Numbered from the whole stretch's first letter, positions 10,070 through 20,350 are shown. The stretch is DNA of 62,828 bases, filler included, from Candidatus Woesearchaeota archaeon (GCA_030753365.1; 7 parts of 7 records of this genome joined end to end with filler, not necessarily neighbours in it), one strand, 5' to 3'. The notes: generated by a model not told the origin, from the letters alone. Program-made: numbers and translations.

Positions 10070-10222
10070 TTGTCAAAAACCACCCTGCTAAAGCAAAGTG
10101 GCATGTTTGAAGCTATCTCACTTCAGAGTGGTTTTTGAGCATGCTCAGAAATATATCACTTTCCAAAACTATATGATGGATTTTGTCCACTAGTTTGGAA
10201 ACTAGTGGTATATTTCTGACAT
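10070..10222 (+). repeat. Double-hairpin dispersed repeat, copy 3 (diverged arms)
   Basis: TTGTCAAAAACCAC..GTGGTTTTTGAGCATGCTCAGAAATATATCACT..AGTGGTATATTTCTGACAT. Confidence 0.88.
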
Positions 10223-10267
10223 ATTAATAATGTTTAAATAGTTCTCTTTATTATTAGTTTTGTAAAC

Positions 10268-10352
10268 ACGGCAGTGGTCCAGTGGCAAGACATCACCCTC
10301 CCATTAATGTAGGTGAAAGGTGATTACCCGGGTTCAAATCCCGGCTGCCGTA
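10268..10352 (+). tRNA. tRNA-Gly(CCC) with 14-nt intron at 37/38 (10304-10317)
   Basis: Acceptor ACGGCAG/CTGCCGT, anticodon stem TCACC/GGTGA, loop CT-CCC-A|A, T arm CCGGG-TTCAAAT-CCCGG. Confidence 0.88.
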
Positions 10353-10391
10353 TTGAAAAATTTTATAAACTATTAAAATAGAATTAAGTAA

Positions 10392-10736
10392 ATGGCATTG
10401 AAACAGGTTATTTTGGTTAGGAAGGATTTAAAGTTACCAAAGGGAAAATTATCCGTTCAGGTAGCTCATGCTTCTACAGATTGCGCTTTGAATAGTGATA
10501 AGAAGGTTGTTGAAGAATGGAAATCATTGGGAATGAAGAAGGTTGCGCTTAAGGTGGAGAACCTTGATGAACTTTTGAAGCTTAAGAAGCAGGCTGAGAA
10601 GCTTGGATTGGTTAATTCTTTGATTAAGGATGCAGGGCATACGGTTGTTGAGCCTGGCACTATTACATGCTTAGGGATAGGGCCTGATGAGGAAGAGAAG
10701 ATTGATAAGGTTAGCGGAAGTTTGAAGTGCGTTTGA
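10392..10736 (+). CDS. pth2: Peptidyl-tRNA hydrolase 2
   Basis: KQVILVRKDLKLPKGKLSVQVAHAS, IKDAGHT..EPGTITCLGIGP. Confidence 0.96.
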   Translation: MALKQVILVRKDLKLPKGKLSVQVAHASTDCALNSDKKVVEEWKSLGMKKVALKVENLDELLKLKKQAEKLGLVNSLIKDAGHTVVEPGTITCLGIGPDEEEKIDKVSGSLKCV

Positions 10737-10774
10737 CTATAAGATTTATATAGAATTCTTGGTTTTTCTATAAT

Positions 10775-11566
10775 ATGATACTATTAAAAGCAGGTTTTTC
10801 AGGTGGTAGTCTTGGCAAGAATAAAGGTACTGAGAAGGCTCCTGATAAAGTGTTGGAAAGGGTTAAGAAGTTTTACCTTAATGAGAATGGTGTATTGCCG
10901 TTTTTTAATGTGAAGGATGTTAAAGTTGATGAAGGAAATATAGAGGAGACTAATGTTAATATTTTTAATGCTGTTAAGGGCTGCATGAAGGAGACTAACA
11001 AAGTTATGCTGCTGGGAGGTGACCATTCTATTACTTTTTCAGGATTTAAAGCTTTTGCTGAAGGGTTTGATAACCCTGGATTGGTTGTTTTTGATGCGCA
11101 TCCTGACTGTGTGAATAATTTTGAGCCGCCTACGCATGAGGATTATTTGAAGGTGCTTATAGAGAAAGGTGTCTTGAAGAAAGAGAATGTGATTATTGTA
11201 GGTTTAAGAAACTGGCATAAGGAAGAGTATGCTTTTCTTAAGCAGAATAGGATTAAATTTTATTCTATGAAGGAAATTTCTCAAGAGGGTGTTAGAGAGG
11301 TTAGTGAAGCAATTATGTCGGTTGCTAAGAATTTTGATGGTTTGTATGTTTCTATGGATATTGATGCTGTTGACCCAAGCTCTGCTCCAGGAACTGGGTA
11401 TATGGAGCCTGGAGGGTTGAGTTCAAGGGAGATATTGTATTTCCTTCATAGGCTGAAGTTGTTGAGAAACCTTAAGATGCTGGATTTGGTGGAGATTAAC
11501 CCTTTGAAGGATGTTAATGAGATGACAGTTAGTTTAGGGGCTAAACTTGTGGTAGAATCATGCTGA
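10775..11566 (+). CDS. Arginase/agmatinase family ureohydrolase
   Basis: GGDHS, FDAHPD, SMDIDAVDP..APGTG metal motifs. Confidence 0.92.
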   Translation: MILLKAGFSGGSLGKNKGTEKAPDKVLERVKKFYLNENGVLPFFNVKDVKVDEGNIEETNVNIFNAVKGCMKETNKVMLLGGDHSITFSGFKAFAEGFDNPGLVVFDAHPDCVNNFEPPTHEDYLKVLIEKGVLKKENVIIVGLRNWHKEEYAFLKQNRIKFYSMKEISQEGVREVSEAIMSVAKNFDGLYVSMDIDAVDPSSAPGTGYMEPGGLSSREILYFLHRLKLLRNLKMLDLVEINPLKDVNEMTVSLGAKLVVESC

Positions 11567-11626
11567 AAACAGGTTTTGTGCTAAAAAAGCATAATGTTTA
11601 TAAGTAATCTCTATATCTTGTTTAGT

Positions 11627-11815
11627 ATGGGAAGAATTAAAACAAAACTAATTAAGAGAATCACTCATAAGCTTGTTAAAGAGAATAAGGATGCTTTTAA
11701 AGGTGACTTTAAAGAGAATAAAGTACTTGTTAATGAGTTAGCTATTATCCATAGCAAGAAGATTAAAAATATTATTGCCGGATATGTAACAAGATTAACT
11801 AAAAGCAAGAAATAA
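11627..11815 (+). CDS. rps17e: 30S ribosomal protein eS17
   Basis: MGRIKTKLIKR..DFKENK..SKKIKNIIAGYVTR. Confidence 0.95.
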   Translation: MGRIKTKLIKRITHKLVKENKDAFKGDFKENKVLVNELAIIHSKKIKNIIAGYVTRLTKSKK

Positions 11816-11863
11816 AGCAAAACAACTTAGTATGTTTTGCTTAAAACAAGGAGGGTGAGAAAC

Positions 11864-12145
11864 ATGGCTGAAGACAATAGTATCTTTATTGGTGGGAAGC
11901 CGTTTATGAACTATGTAACCGCAGTTGTGATGCAGTTTACCACCAAGAATGCAGATGAAGTGATTGTGAAGGCAAGAGGGAAGTTTATCAGCAGAGCAGT
12001 TGATGTGGCTGAAGTGGCTTCTAAAAGATTTCTGGAGGAACAGGTTGGAGTTAAGGATATTAAGATTGACTCTGAAGGGTTCCAAAATAAGGAAGGAAGA
12101 GATGTTAGAGTTTCCTCAATAGAAATCTTTTTGAAACGAAATTAA
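11864..12145 (+). CDS. albA: DNA/RNA-binding protein Alba
   Basis: IFIGGKPFMNYV..VKARGKFISRAVDVAE..VSSIEI. Confidence 0.96.
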   Translation: MAEDNSIFIGGKPFMNYVTAVVMQFTTKNADEVIVKARGKFISRAVDVAEVASKRFLEEQVGVKDIKIDSEGFQNKEGRDVRVSSIEIFLKRN

Positions 12146-12207
12146 TCTGAATTACAGAAAAAGTTTAAATACTCTTTTTCTTTTTTTAATTAGAAGTATA
12201 TATTATT

Positions 12208-12294
12208 GGGCCTATAGCATAATGGATAGTGCGATTGGCTTCGGTTGTCAGAAGTGGATACCGATTGATCCGGGTTCGAATCCTGGTAGGCTCA
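12208..12294 (+). tRNA. tRNA-Arg(TCG) with about 15-nt intron at 37/38 (12245-12259)
   Basis: Acceptor GGGCCTA/TAGGCTC, anticodon stem ATTGG/CCGAT, loop CT-TCG-G|A; intron GAAG can pair with CTTC. Confidence 0.88.
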
Positions 12295-12432
12295 TTTGGT
12301 TGTTTTGGTGGTGAGTAGGGATGGGGATGTTTGTTTTATTGAACTTTACTATGTAAAATAATTTTATTAAAAAACAATTTGAAAATTCTTCGATTTTAAA
12401 AAGAGAGGGTTATATATTGTTACCACCCCTCG

Positions 12433-13353
12433 ATGAAGATGATTCAAAGAATACCAGAAACACCTTTAAGAGAAATAATGCTCGATGCACATGAAGTAGA
12501 AGTTAAATCTATTTATAGTATATCAAAAAATAAAAAACTGCATTATAATGAAGAATCAACACAGATTTGTGTGAATGGTGTTCCAATCTTTGATTGTTTA
12601 GCAGATATGTTATTTGATTCTGGTTTTGTTTCTGAAATTGCTCAACTTAGAACAGATAGAAGAAGAAAAATTATAGATGCACATTCTAAACCACAAGATT
12701 ACTCTCCAGAAGACTTATTTCATCTCCAGTTTGACTATGAATTATTAGCTATTGATCATTTAGTAAATACAGAATTGGTTGGTAGAATAGCAAGCAATCT
12801 AGATTCTAAAATTGATAGACACTATGCACAAAGATATTTTTTAACTTCATCATCAGGAAGGACTTTTTTTGAAGAAGTACTTCTAAAAGAATTTGAATCA
12901 TTAGGACATCAGTTATTGAGGTTAAATGGTTATTGTTCAGAGAAAGATTTCTTTTTTGAAGATAAAGGATTTCATTGTTTTCTAAAACATACAATGACTA
13001 GAGATAAACTAATAAGAATAATTTTGGACTATGATTCAGTTGTTTCAAGATTAAAAGAAAGATATGATTCCTTGTTAGAAGATAACCAACAGTTCGAATC
13101 TCCTTCAGAGGTATATGATAAAATTAAAGAAATTAGAGTTGAACAAATGAGATGAAGAGGAACATGGCGATTACTTTCTTCCAAATTAAGTTCTAAAGAG
13201 CAAACTTATATAGGTTTTGTAGGAAATGCACTCGATTTCAATGAAGACAATAGGCTTTTGAGGAGCATTAGTTTTTATTATGTTATGGAAGACAAACAAA
13301 TTGGAGAGAGATTCTACGAATTAATTGAATCTAGAAAAAATGGCAACAGATAA
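12433..13353 (+). pseudogene. Hypothetical protein interrupted by in-frame TGA at 13153-13155
   Basis: Frame stays open 65 codons past the TGA (RGTWRLLSS..ESRKNGNR) to TAA at 13351-13353, overlapping the next start codon. Confidence 0.6.
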
Positions 13354-14327
13354 GATTCCATATTTAACAATTGCAATAACAAATAGGTGTAATTTTCATT
13401 GTTATTATTGTAGTCCTGATGAAGATGGTGGGATGGGGGAAGCTTATGGCACTTCTACAAATTCTATTGATATAAAAGATTTAGAAGAAAAAATACTTAT
13501 TGCAGAAGAAGAAGGAATGACAAAAGTAAGATTCTCTGGAGGAGAACCTCTTCTTATTCATGATATTACTGATGTATTCAGATTTATAGAAGATAATACT
13601 ACTCTTGAATATGCTCTTGCGACAAATGGCTCTATAGTAGATAGATTTGTAGATGATTTCGAAGGATTATCTAGACTGGACATTAGAATTAGTTTAGATA
13701 CTTTGGATAGGGGTCAATTTTCTGAAATATGTGGTTGTTCAAAAATTCAATATGATAAAGTTATAGCAAATATAAAGGTCATTATCATCAAGAAATATGT
13801 TAAACCGAGTAGCAGCAGTTGTTACACAAGACAATATTAATCAAATTGGATATTTCATTGATTTTTGTGAGGAGTTAGGTATAAATCTAAAATTATTTGA
13901 TATGTATGCAACTCCAGAAACTAAAGAAATATGGAATCAACATTATGAATTTCTCAACCAAATGAAAAAGGAAATTGAAACAAGAGCCACATCGATAAGA
14001 CAGATTACATATACTCAATCATTTGGTATTCCATCTTTGGAATATCAAACTAAAGGAGGAATTACTGTTAGAGTTAAGGATAGCATGTCAGGAACACGAT
14101 ATAATAGAAATTTATGTTCTGAATGCGTTTCTTTACCCTGTCAAGAAGGATTATATACAATATTATATAGTTCTAACCAAAAATTAATTCCTTGCAGATT
14201 ATCTCCTATTCACTTTGAAGCAGATACTCCTGAAGAATTTAGAGAAAACCTAAAGTATTTAATAGGAGTATTCCAAAAAGCAGATCATGAAAACAAATTC
14301 TGGGAAAATGGAAAACAAAAATTATAA
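13340..14327 (+). pseudogene. MoaA-like radical SAM protein with twitch/SPASM-like C-terminus; +1 frameshift near 13775
   Basis: CNFHCYYC, VRFSGGEP, ATNG, RISLDTLD in frame 1. SLSSRNMLNRVAAVV..CSECVSLPCQEG..IPCRL in the next frame after one extra base (ATAAAGGTCA). Confidence 0.8.
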
Positions 14328-14718
14328 AATAGGAAAAGCATTTTTTGAAAAAGAATGGAATGATGAAAAAATTAAAATTCATTCTGAATGTGTTATAGAG
14401 GCGTGTATTAATATGTCTCTTAGTACTGATTTAAATCAAAATATTTTTATTATTGCAGGGTGGATTCATGATTTAGGAAGAAAGATTGATAAAGATTCTC
14501 ATCATGTACTTAGTTTAGATTTCTTAAAAGAATTTCTAAAAGAAAATACAAATTTTACTGAAATAGAAAAAGAGCTAAAAGATTGTATTTTGAATCATAG
14601 AAGTGAGGGAAACCCTGAAACAATATATGGCTTAATTTTTAAGTGTGCAGATAAAGTGGCATTACATAATAATAAATGGTTAGAATATAAAAAAAACAAA
14701 AAGTCTTCTTGTTCTTAG
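14308..14718 (+). CDS. HD-domain phosphohydrolase
   Basis: H..(IHSECV), WIHDLGR, HH, ILNH, ADK. Confidence 0.88.
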   Translation: MENKNYKIGKAFFEKEWNDEKIKIHSECVIEACINMSLSTDLNQNIFIIAGWIHDLGRKIDKDSHHVLSLDFLKEFLKENTNFTEIEKELKDCILNHRSEGNPETIYGLIFKCADKVALHNNKWLEYKKNKKSSCS

Positions 14719-14734
14719 TGTGTAAGGTATCCTT

Positions 14735-16270
14735 TCAATAAACATCCTTAAACTCTCTCTTAGTCTCTGCAAGGAATATAAGGAACCCAACAACATATAA
14801 GAATAGGTTTGCTATGTAGAATGTTATGAGGAAGAAGCCTACAAAGAAGTCAGGTGAAGATAATAATGCTGGTATGTTATAGAAATAGTATCTGGATATG
14901 TCTTTGAAGAAGAGATAGATGTAGTAGCCGAAGAAGGCATTGATTGTTATAAGGCCTAATATTAGTAAAAGTTCTTTTAGTTTGTGGCTGAAGCTGAGGA
15001 TATAGACAATAATACCAGTTACTAATGAGAGAATGAAAGGAATAAGAAGGCTTTTTCCTGATTCTAATATAGAATGTGTTTGGATGTCTACGCCTACTAA
15101 GCTATAGCTTTCGCTGTTGATGGAGGTTATGTTGAAGGCTGGCATTAGGATGAATACCATTACTGAACAAAAGAATAATGCAAGAGGGATGTGATGGACG
15201 TTTATGCCTCTTCTGTGATATAGCTTGTACCAGATGAAGCCTGGCAGGATTAGTAAGAAGAGCAGGGCAAGGATATTGAAGGAGTATACCCATACTAAAC
15301 CTAGCTTGCTTAGCCCGGTTACTTTTAGAATGTCAGTTAATAAAAGAGAGATTACTGGCGTATGGCCTGCTGCTCCAAGCTGTTGGAAGTAGAGCAGATC
15401 TTTTTTTCCTATGATGTAAGGTATTATGAAATTTCCAACATCCGTGAGCAGATGGAGCACTAGCATTGCTGATACGCCTAAGAAGATGGTTTCTTTGTAA
15501 TGGAATAACCTAATGAAATGTTCATAGAAGCTTTCTCCAAAGTTTCCTATTTTGTAGATGAAATTTTCAGTGCTGAACTTTTTATGGTGCCTTATTATTA
15601 TGAAAATATAGAAGAGTATGCCTAGCATTAACAAGGGTGCATCAACTGCCATTGCCAGCCATTCTAGCATTAGGTTGAAGACTATTACAAAGAAGCTTAT
15701 TAAGATAAAAAATATTGATAGAAATCTTAGGGTTAACTTGCCTATATGTTTTGGAGGCAATCCTTCTTCATGGAGGATTGACATTAAGGAAGGTTTTTTG
15801 ATTTCAAATTTCAATAAGTAGAAACTAATCAAGATGATTAAGATGCCGCCAATATAAAAAAAGAGTTTGTCAAGCACAGGAGCAATTGCAACTATTTTTA
15901 CTACAAACCATTCAAAGAGGTCTATTTCTCCCACGCAGATTAATTCTCCTGCTAATGCTTTTGGCTCGCATAGAGTTATTGCATAGTTTGTGAGGTTTTT
16001 TACAATTAATGAGAAGTAAGCGGTTAGGATTGTTAAGTCAATGAGCTTGTTTCTTGCACCGAACATCATGCCGCCAATGGTTTCTTTTCTGCCAAACATG
16101 ATGTTTGTCAGGTCTACTTTGTAAAGAAGGTAGCCGAGCAGTATCCAGGATATGATCTTTTTTAGAAAGTCTATGTCTCCGGGAAGCTTTTCAAGGAAGT
16201 CTAATACGTTGAGTAGTATGAGTATGATTAGAATGAATTCTTCTATCCTGTGACTTATTTTGGATGCCAA
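14735..16270 (-). CDS. Polytopic hypothetical membrane protein
   Basis: Many TM segments; probable TTG start at 16270. The ORF-track extension to 16435 runs through an intergenic element. Confidence 0.8.
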   Translation of the reverse strand: MASKISHRIEEFILIILILLNVLDFLEKLPGDIDFLKKIISWILLGYLLYKVDLTNIMFGRKETIGGMMFGARNKLIDLTILTAYFSLIVKNLTNYAITLCEPKALAGELICVGEIDLFEWFVVKIVAIAPVLDKLFFYIGGILIILISFYLLKFEIKKPSLMSILHEEGLPPKHIGKLTLRFLSIFFILISFFVIVFNLMLEWLAMAVDAPLLMLGILFYIFIIIRHHKKFSTENFIYKIGNFGESFYEHFIRLFHYKETIFLGVSAMLVLHLLTDVGNFIIPYIIGKKDLLYFQQLGAAGHTPVISLLLTDILKVTGLSKLGLVWVYSFNILALLFLLILPGFIWYKLYHRRGINVHHIPLALFFCSVMVFILMPAFNITSINSESYSLVGVDIQTHSILESGKSLLIPFILSLVTGIIVYILSFSHKLKELLLILGLITINAFFGYYIYLFFKDISRYYFYNIPALLSSPDFFVGFFLITFYIANLFLYVVGFLIFLAETKREFKDVY

Positions 16271-16343
16271 TTTGATTGCCTTTGCTTGTTTTTGGAGAAG
16301 ATAGTATTTATTATTTTCTAATGGAAGCGTAATTACTGTTTTA

Positions 16344-16509
16344 GGCTTCATCCAAAAACTCGCATAGCTCGGGTTGCCATCGGGCTCGCTTTCTGATTGT
16401 TTAATTCGAAGTGTTGGGTTCCCCGTGAGGGACAACCCCCTTCCAACCTAAATAATGCGAATCGATAAAGCTCACATAATTGATGGCAACCTTCTCTTTG
16501 GATGAAGCC
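16344..16509. mobile_element. MITE-like element
   Basis: Perfect 13-bp TIR GGCTTCATCCAAA/TTTGGATGAAGCC; inner IR GGTTGCCATC/GATGGCAACC; flanking near-direct repeat CTGTTTTA/CTGTTTTT. Confidence 0.6.
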
Positions 16510-16557
16510 CTGTTTTTAAAAAGATTTAATAAGATAGAATATGAAGAAGTAAATATT

Positions 16558-16802
16558 ATGAAAAAAAGGGGCCAGTATAATGCGGTGCTGCTTATTATCC
16601 TAACTTTGTTAACTATGATTATAATAATTGTTTTTGGATATTATGTTATTCAAGCTAACTTAAGCAGCCAGTGTTTAGTAAAGCATAGTATCTTTAGTGA
16701 GGGTGTTAAAGCAGTTATAGAGGAACTGGCTCATAGAACTAACTCTATTGAAATATATGAGTATAAAGAACTTTGCGATGTTACAAGGGTTTATTTTGTT
16801 GA
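16558..16802 (+). CDS. Class III signal peptide (pilin-like) protein, 3' truncated
   Basis: MKKRG/QYNAVLLIILTLL.. followed by a long hydrophobic helix. Confidence 0.65.
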
Positions 16803-16902
16803 NNNNNNNNNNNNNNNNNNNNNNNNNNNNNNNNNNNNNNNNNNNNTTAATTAATTAANNNNNNNNNNNNNNNNNNNNNNNNNNNNNNNNNNNNNNNNNN
16901 NN
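16803..16902. other. Artificial contig linker
   Basis: N44-TTAATTAATTAA-N44. Confidence 0.98.
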
Positions 16903-18874
16903 CACCTACTCTTGTGAAGATTCTGTCCACTATGCCTATGCTGGCTTCTTTTGCAGGGACAAAGCAACCTATTTGGGCTAATAAAACTATTAAAGCTGTT
17001 TGGCGCATGAAGCTGCTTTTTCCACTCATGTTGGGACCGGTTATTACCATGAACTTGCTTTGGTTGTTGATGGTGCAGTCGTTTGGCACAAAGGGTTCAG
17101 TGATAATGTGTTCTATTACAGGGTGTCTGCCTTCTTTGATTATTAGTTCGTTGGTGTCGCTGATGATGGGCTTGGTGTAATTGTTTTCCGCAGAGATAAT
17201 TGCAAATGAGAGAAGGGTGTCTATCTCAGCAAGGATTTTTGAGATTGTTTGGACTTCTTTTGCATTACTGGCTACATCTTTTAATACCTGCTGGAAGAGG
17301 TCGTATTCTAAACTGAATATTTTTTCTTCTGCACCTAAGACTCTGTTTTCCTGTTCTTTTAGTTCTTGGGTGATGAATCGTTCAGAGTTGACTTGGGTTT
17401 GTTTTCTTATGTAGTTCTGAGGCACTAGGTGGAGATTGGATTTTGAGATTTCTATGAAGTAACCGAAGACTTTGTTGTATTTGATTTTTAAGGATTTTAT
17501 GCCTGTTGTTCTTTTTTCTTTTGTTTCTAAGTCAGCTATCCAGGATTTGCCGTGTTTGGTTATGCTTCTTAGAGTGTCTAACTCCTGGTTGTAGTCTGGT
17601 TTGATTAGGTTGCCTTCCCTTAGGATTAAAGAAGGTTCTTCTTTGATTGCTTTGGTTATTAAATTAGTGATAGTGGTTAGGTCTGAAGTGTTTTTTATGT
17701 TGGTTAGAAGCATGCTTTTGCAGTTGGTTAGAAGGAGTTTAATATCAGGGATTAATTTTAAAGAGTTTCTTAGAGAGATTAGGTCACGGGCGTTTGCGTT
17801 GCCGTAGGTTACTCTACCAATTAACCGTTCTATGTCATAGACTGATTTTAGTTTTTCTTTTAGCTCTTCTCTTAAGAGAGGGTTGGTGAAGAGTTCATGA
17901 ACTGAATCCAGGCGTTGATTGATTTTGGTTTTGTCTAGCAGAGGGGTTAATATCCAGTTGTGTATTAGCCTTGAGCCCATAGGTGTTAGGCATTTGTCAA
18001 TGACTTCTAACATGGTTCCTTTTGGGCTGTTGTCTCTTATGTTTTTTACCAGTTCAAGATTTCTTAAGGTTGATTTGTCTAGCACCATGTGTTGGTTGAT
18101 TGAGTAGGTATGGATGGAGTTGATATAGTTTACATGATTTTTTTGGGTTTCTTGCAGATAGGATATTAGGGCGCCGGCTGAGCTTATGCAGAGCTCTTTG
18201 TTTTCGCAGCCATAGCCTTCAAGACTTAGGACGTTGAAGTGTTCTTTGAGAGTTTGGTTGGCTTTTTCCTGCCAGAAGAATCTGTCGTCAAAGGTGTGGA
18301 CTATGAAGTCTTCTTTTTTTAAGAGTTTTACGAAGTCAGAGTTTTCAAGGCTTAGAGGGATGATTATTTCTGAAGGGTTGAATTTGGTTAGCTGGTTGGT
18401 TAGGGAGGAGTAATCGTTGATTTCTGAGGTTAAGAATTCTCCTGTTGAGATGTCTGCTAATGCGATTCCGAATTTGTCTGCTTGCTTGGCTATGGCCATT
18501 AAGTAGTTGTTTTTTTTGTCATCAAGGATGATTGATTCTACTACTGTACCAGGAGTGATGATTCTTACAAGGTCTCTTTTGACAAGGCCTTTGGCTTTTT
18601 TGGGGTCTTCTATCTGTTCGCAGAGTGCTATTTTGTAGCCTTTTTTTATGAGCTTTGCAATGTAGGGTTCTATTGCATGATAGGGTATGCCTGCAAGAGG
18701 AGCTTTGGTTTCGCCTTTGCCTCTGGAGGTGAGGGTTATTTCTAGTTCTCTTGAAGCAGTTTTTGCATCTTCAAAGAACATTTCATAGAAGTCGCCCATC
18801 CTGAACATTACTATACAATCTGGATGCTTGTTTTTGATTTGCATGTATTGCTGCATGCCTGGTGTTAGTTTCAT
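16903..18874 (-). CDS. mutS: DNA mismatch repair protein MutS (MutS1), 3' truncated
   Basis: LTPGMQQY, FRMGDFYEMF, GRHPVIE, ITGPNMSGKSS, DRIFTRVG. Confidence 0.97.
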
Positions 18875-18976
18875 GGATACCCCCAAAAAAAGGAATTGTA
18901 GGATGTTTAAATAGGTTATGTTTAGATAAAATATATATAGAAGATGTTATAGACTGTTTTTAAGTTGGAGGTTAAA

Positions 18977-19237
18977 ATGGAACCAAAGAAGAGTTTTACA
19001 GATGAGGAAGCTAAAGAGGTTGGGGAGAAGATTGGGATTAAATGGGATAAGTTTGATGTTGACCAGTTTAGAATGGGTATGGATGTTGAGTTGGAGCATG
19101 GGTTGGTAGATCCTAGTACTAATGTTACTGATGATGACCCGGTGATTACAGGGAAGATTGCTCTTGCGCATTTGAATGAGATACCTGATTATTATGATAG
19201 GCTGAAGAGGATGGAGGAAGAGGCTGAGAAGGATTAG
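18977..19237 (+). CDS. DUF5661-like protein
   Basis: FRMGMDVELEHG..GKIALAHLNEIPDYYDRL. Confidence 0.75.
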   Translation: MEPKKSFTDEEAKEVGEKIGIKWDKFDVDQFRMGMDVELEHGLVDPSTNVTDDDPVITGKIALAHLNEIPDYYDRLKRMEEEAEKD

Positions 19238-19282
19238 TTGTCATAATATTTATAAACAGATTTATATTTTCTTTTTGGTATT

Positions 19283-20350
19283 ATGGATACTAAAGGATTA
19301 TTAAAGAAGTATAAGAAAGATATTGATAGTGAATTAAGAAAGTTCTTTGATTCAAGGATTAATAGGGTAAAGAACATAGATGTTTCTGCATTGGAGCTTA
19401 TGGAGATTCTTAAAGAGTTTACTATGAATGGTGGTAAGAGAATTAGACCGATTCTGGTTATTTTAGGATATAAATGTGTTGGAGGCAGGGATGAAAGAGA
19501 GATTATAAAGGCAGCATTGTGTGTTGAGTTGATGCAGTCTTTTCTTCTGATTCATGATGATATTATTGATGATGATGAACTGAGGAGAGGGAATCCTACA
19601 GTGCATAAGGTTTATGAGGACAGGTATAAAAGAGATTATCCTGCTATTGATAGTAAAAAGTTTGGCAAAGATATGGGGATTATAACAGGAGATATAGGTT
19701 CCATATTGGGCTCAGAGGTTATTCTTGAGACTAAATTTTCTTCTCAGTTAAAGGTTAGGGCTTTGGAGAAGTTTAATAGGGTTGTTGTTAATACAGCGTT
19801 TGGAGAGATGCTTGATATACTTTCAGGGGTTAAGCAAGAGATTAATGAGGAGGATATTCTTAAGATTCATAAGCTTAAGACTGCGCTTTATACTATTGAA
19901 GGGCCTTTGCATATTGGAGCTATTCTTGGAGAGGCGAGCAAGGAGCAGATGGATGTGTTGTCAAAGTTTGCTATTTCGTTGGGGCAAGCGTTTCAAGTAC
20001 AGGATGATATTCTTGGGATGTTTGGCAGTGTGGAGACTATAGGAAAGCCAGTTGGCTCTGATCTTAAAGAGGGTAAGAAGACTTTGCTGATTAAGAAGGC
20101 GTTGGAGAAGGCTAATAATAAGGATAAGAAAGTTGTTATGAAGAGTTTGGGGAATAAGAATGTTTCTAAGAAGGATGTTGAGATGGTTAAGGAGATTATA
20201 GTTAAGACTGGCTCTTTAGATTATAGCAAGGAGCTTGCTAATGAGATGGTGATGAAGGCTAAGCATTTCTTGTGCAATGGAGACCTGAAGAGAGATGGAA
20301 AGGAGTTCTTGTTAGGATTAGCGGATTATGTGGTTAAGAGGAAGTGTTAG
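19283..20350 (+). CDS. Polyprenyl diphosphate synthase (GGPP synthase-like)
   Basis: GGKRIRP, FLLIHDDIIDDDELRRG (FARM), KTA, FQVQDDILG, GSDLKEGKKT. Confidence 0.93.
   Translation: MDTKGLLKKYKKDIDSELRKFFDSRINRVKNIDVSALELMEILKEFTMNGGKRIRPILVILGYKCVGGRDEREIIKAALCVELMQSFLLIHDDIIDDDELRRGNPTVHKVYEDRYKRDYPAIDSKKFGKDMGIITGDIGSILGSEVILETKFSSQLKVRALEKFNRVVVNTAFGEMLDILSGVKQEINEEDILKIHKLKTALYTIEGPLHIGAILGEASKEQMDVLSKFAISLGQAFQVQDDILGMFGSVETIGKPVGSDLKEGKKTLLIKKALEKANNKDKKVVMKSLGNKNVSKKDVEMVKEIIVKTGSLDYSKELANEMVMKAKHFLCNGDLKRDGKEFLLGLADYVVKRKC

Noticed and set aside
13340..14327. Calling the radical SAM moaA or viperin
   Set aside because: No Moco genes nearby, no C-terminal GG, and no clear viperin-specific motifs; left as MoaA-like.
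16344..16509. SRP or RNase P RNA
   Set aside because: Lacks the SRP helix-8 motif and RNase P conserved regions on either strand.
16271..16557. ORF-track N-terminal extensions of the genes flanking the MITE-like element
   Set aside because: They run through promoter-like and repeat sequence; better starts exist at 16270 and 16558.
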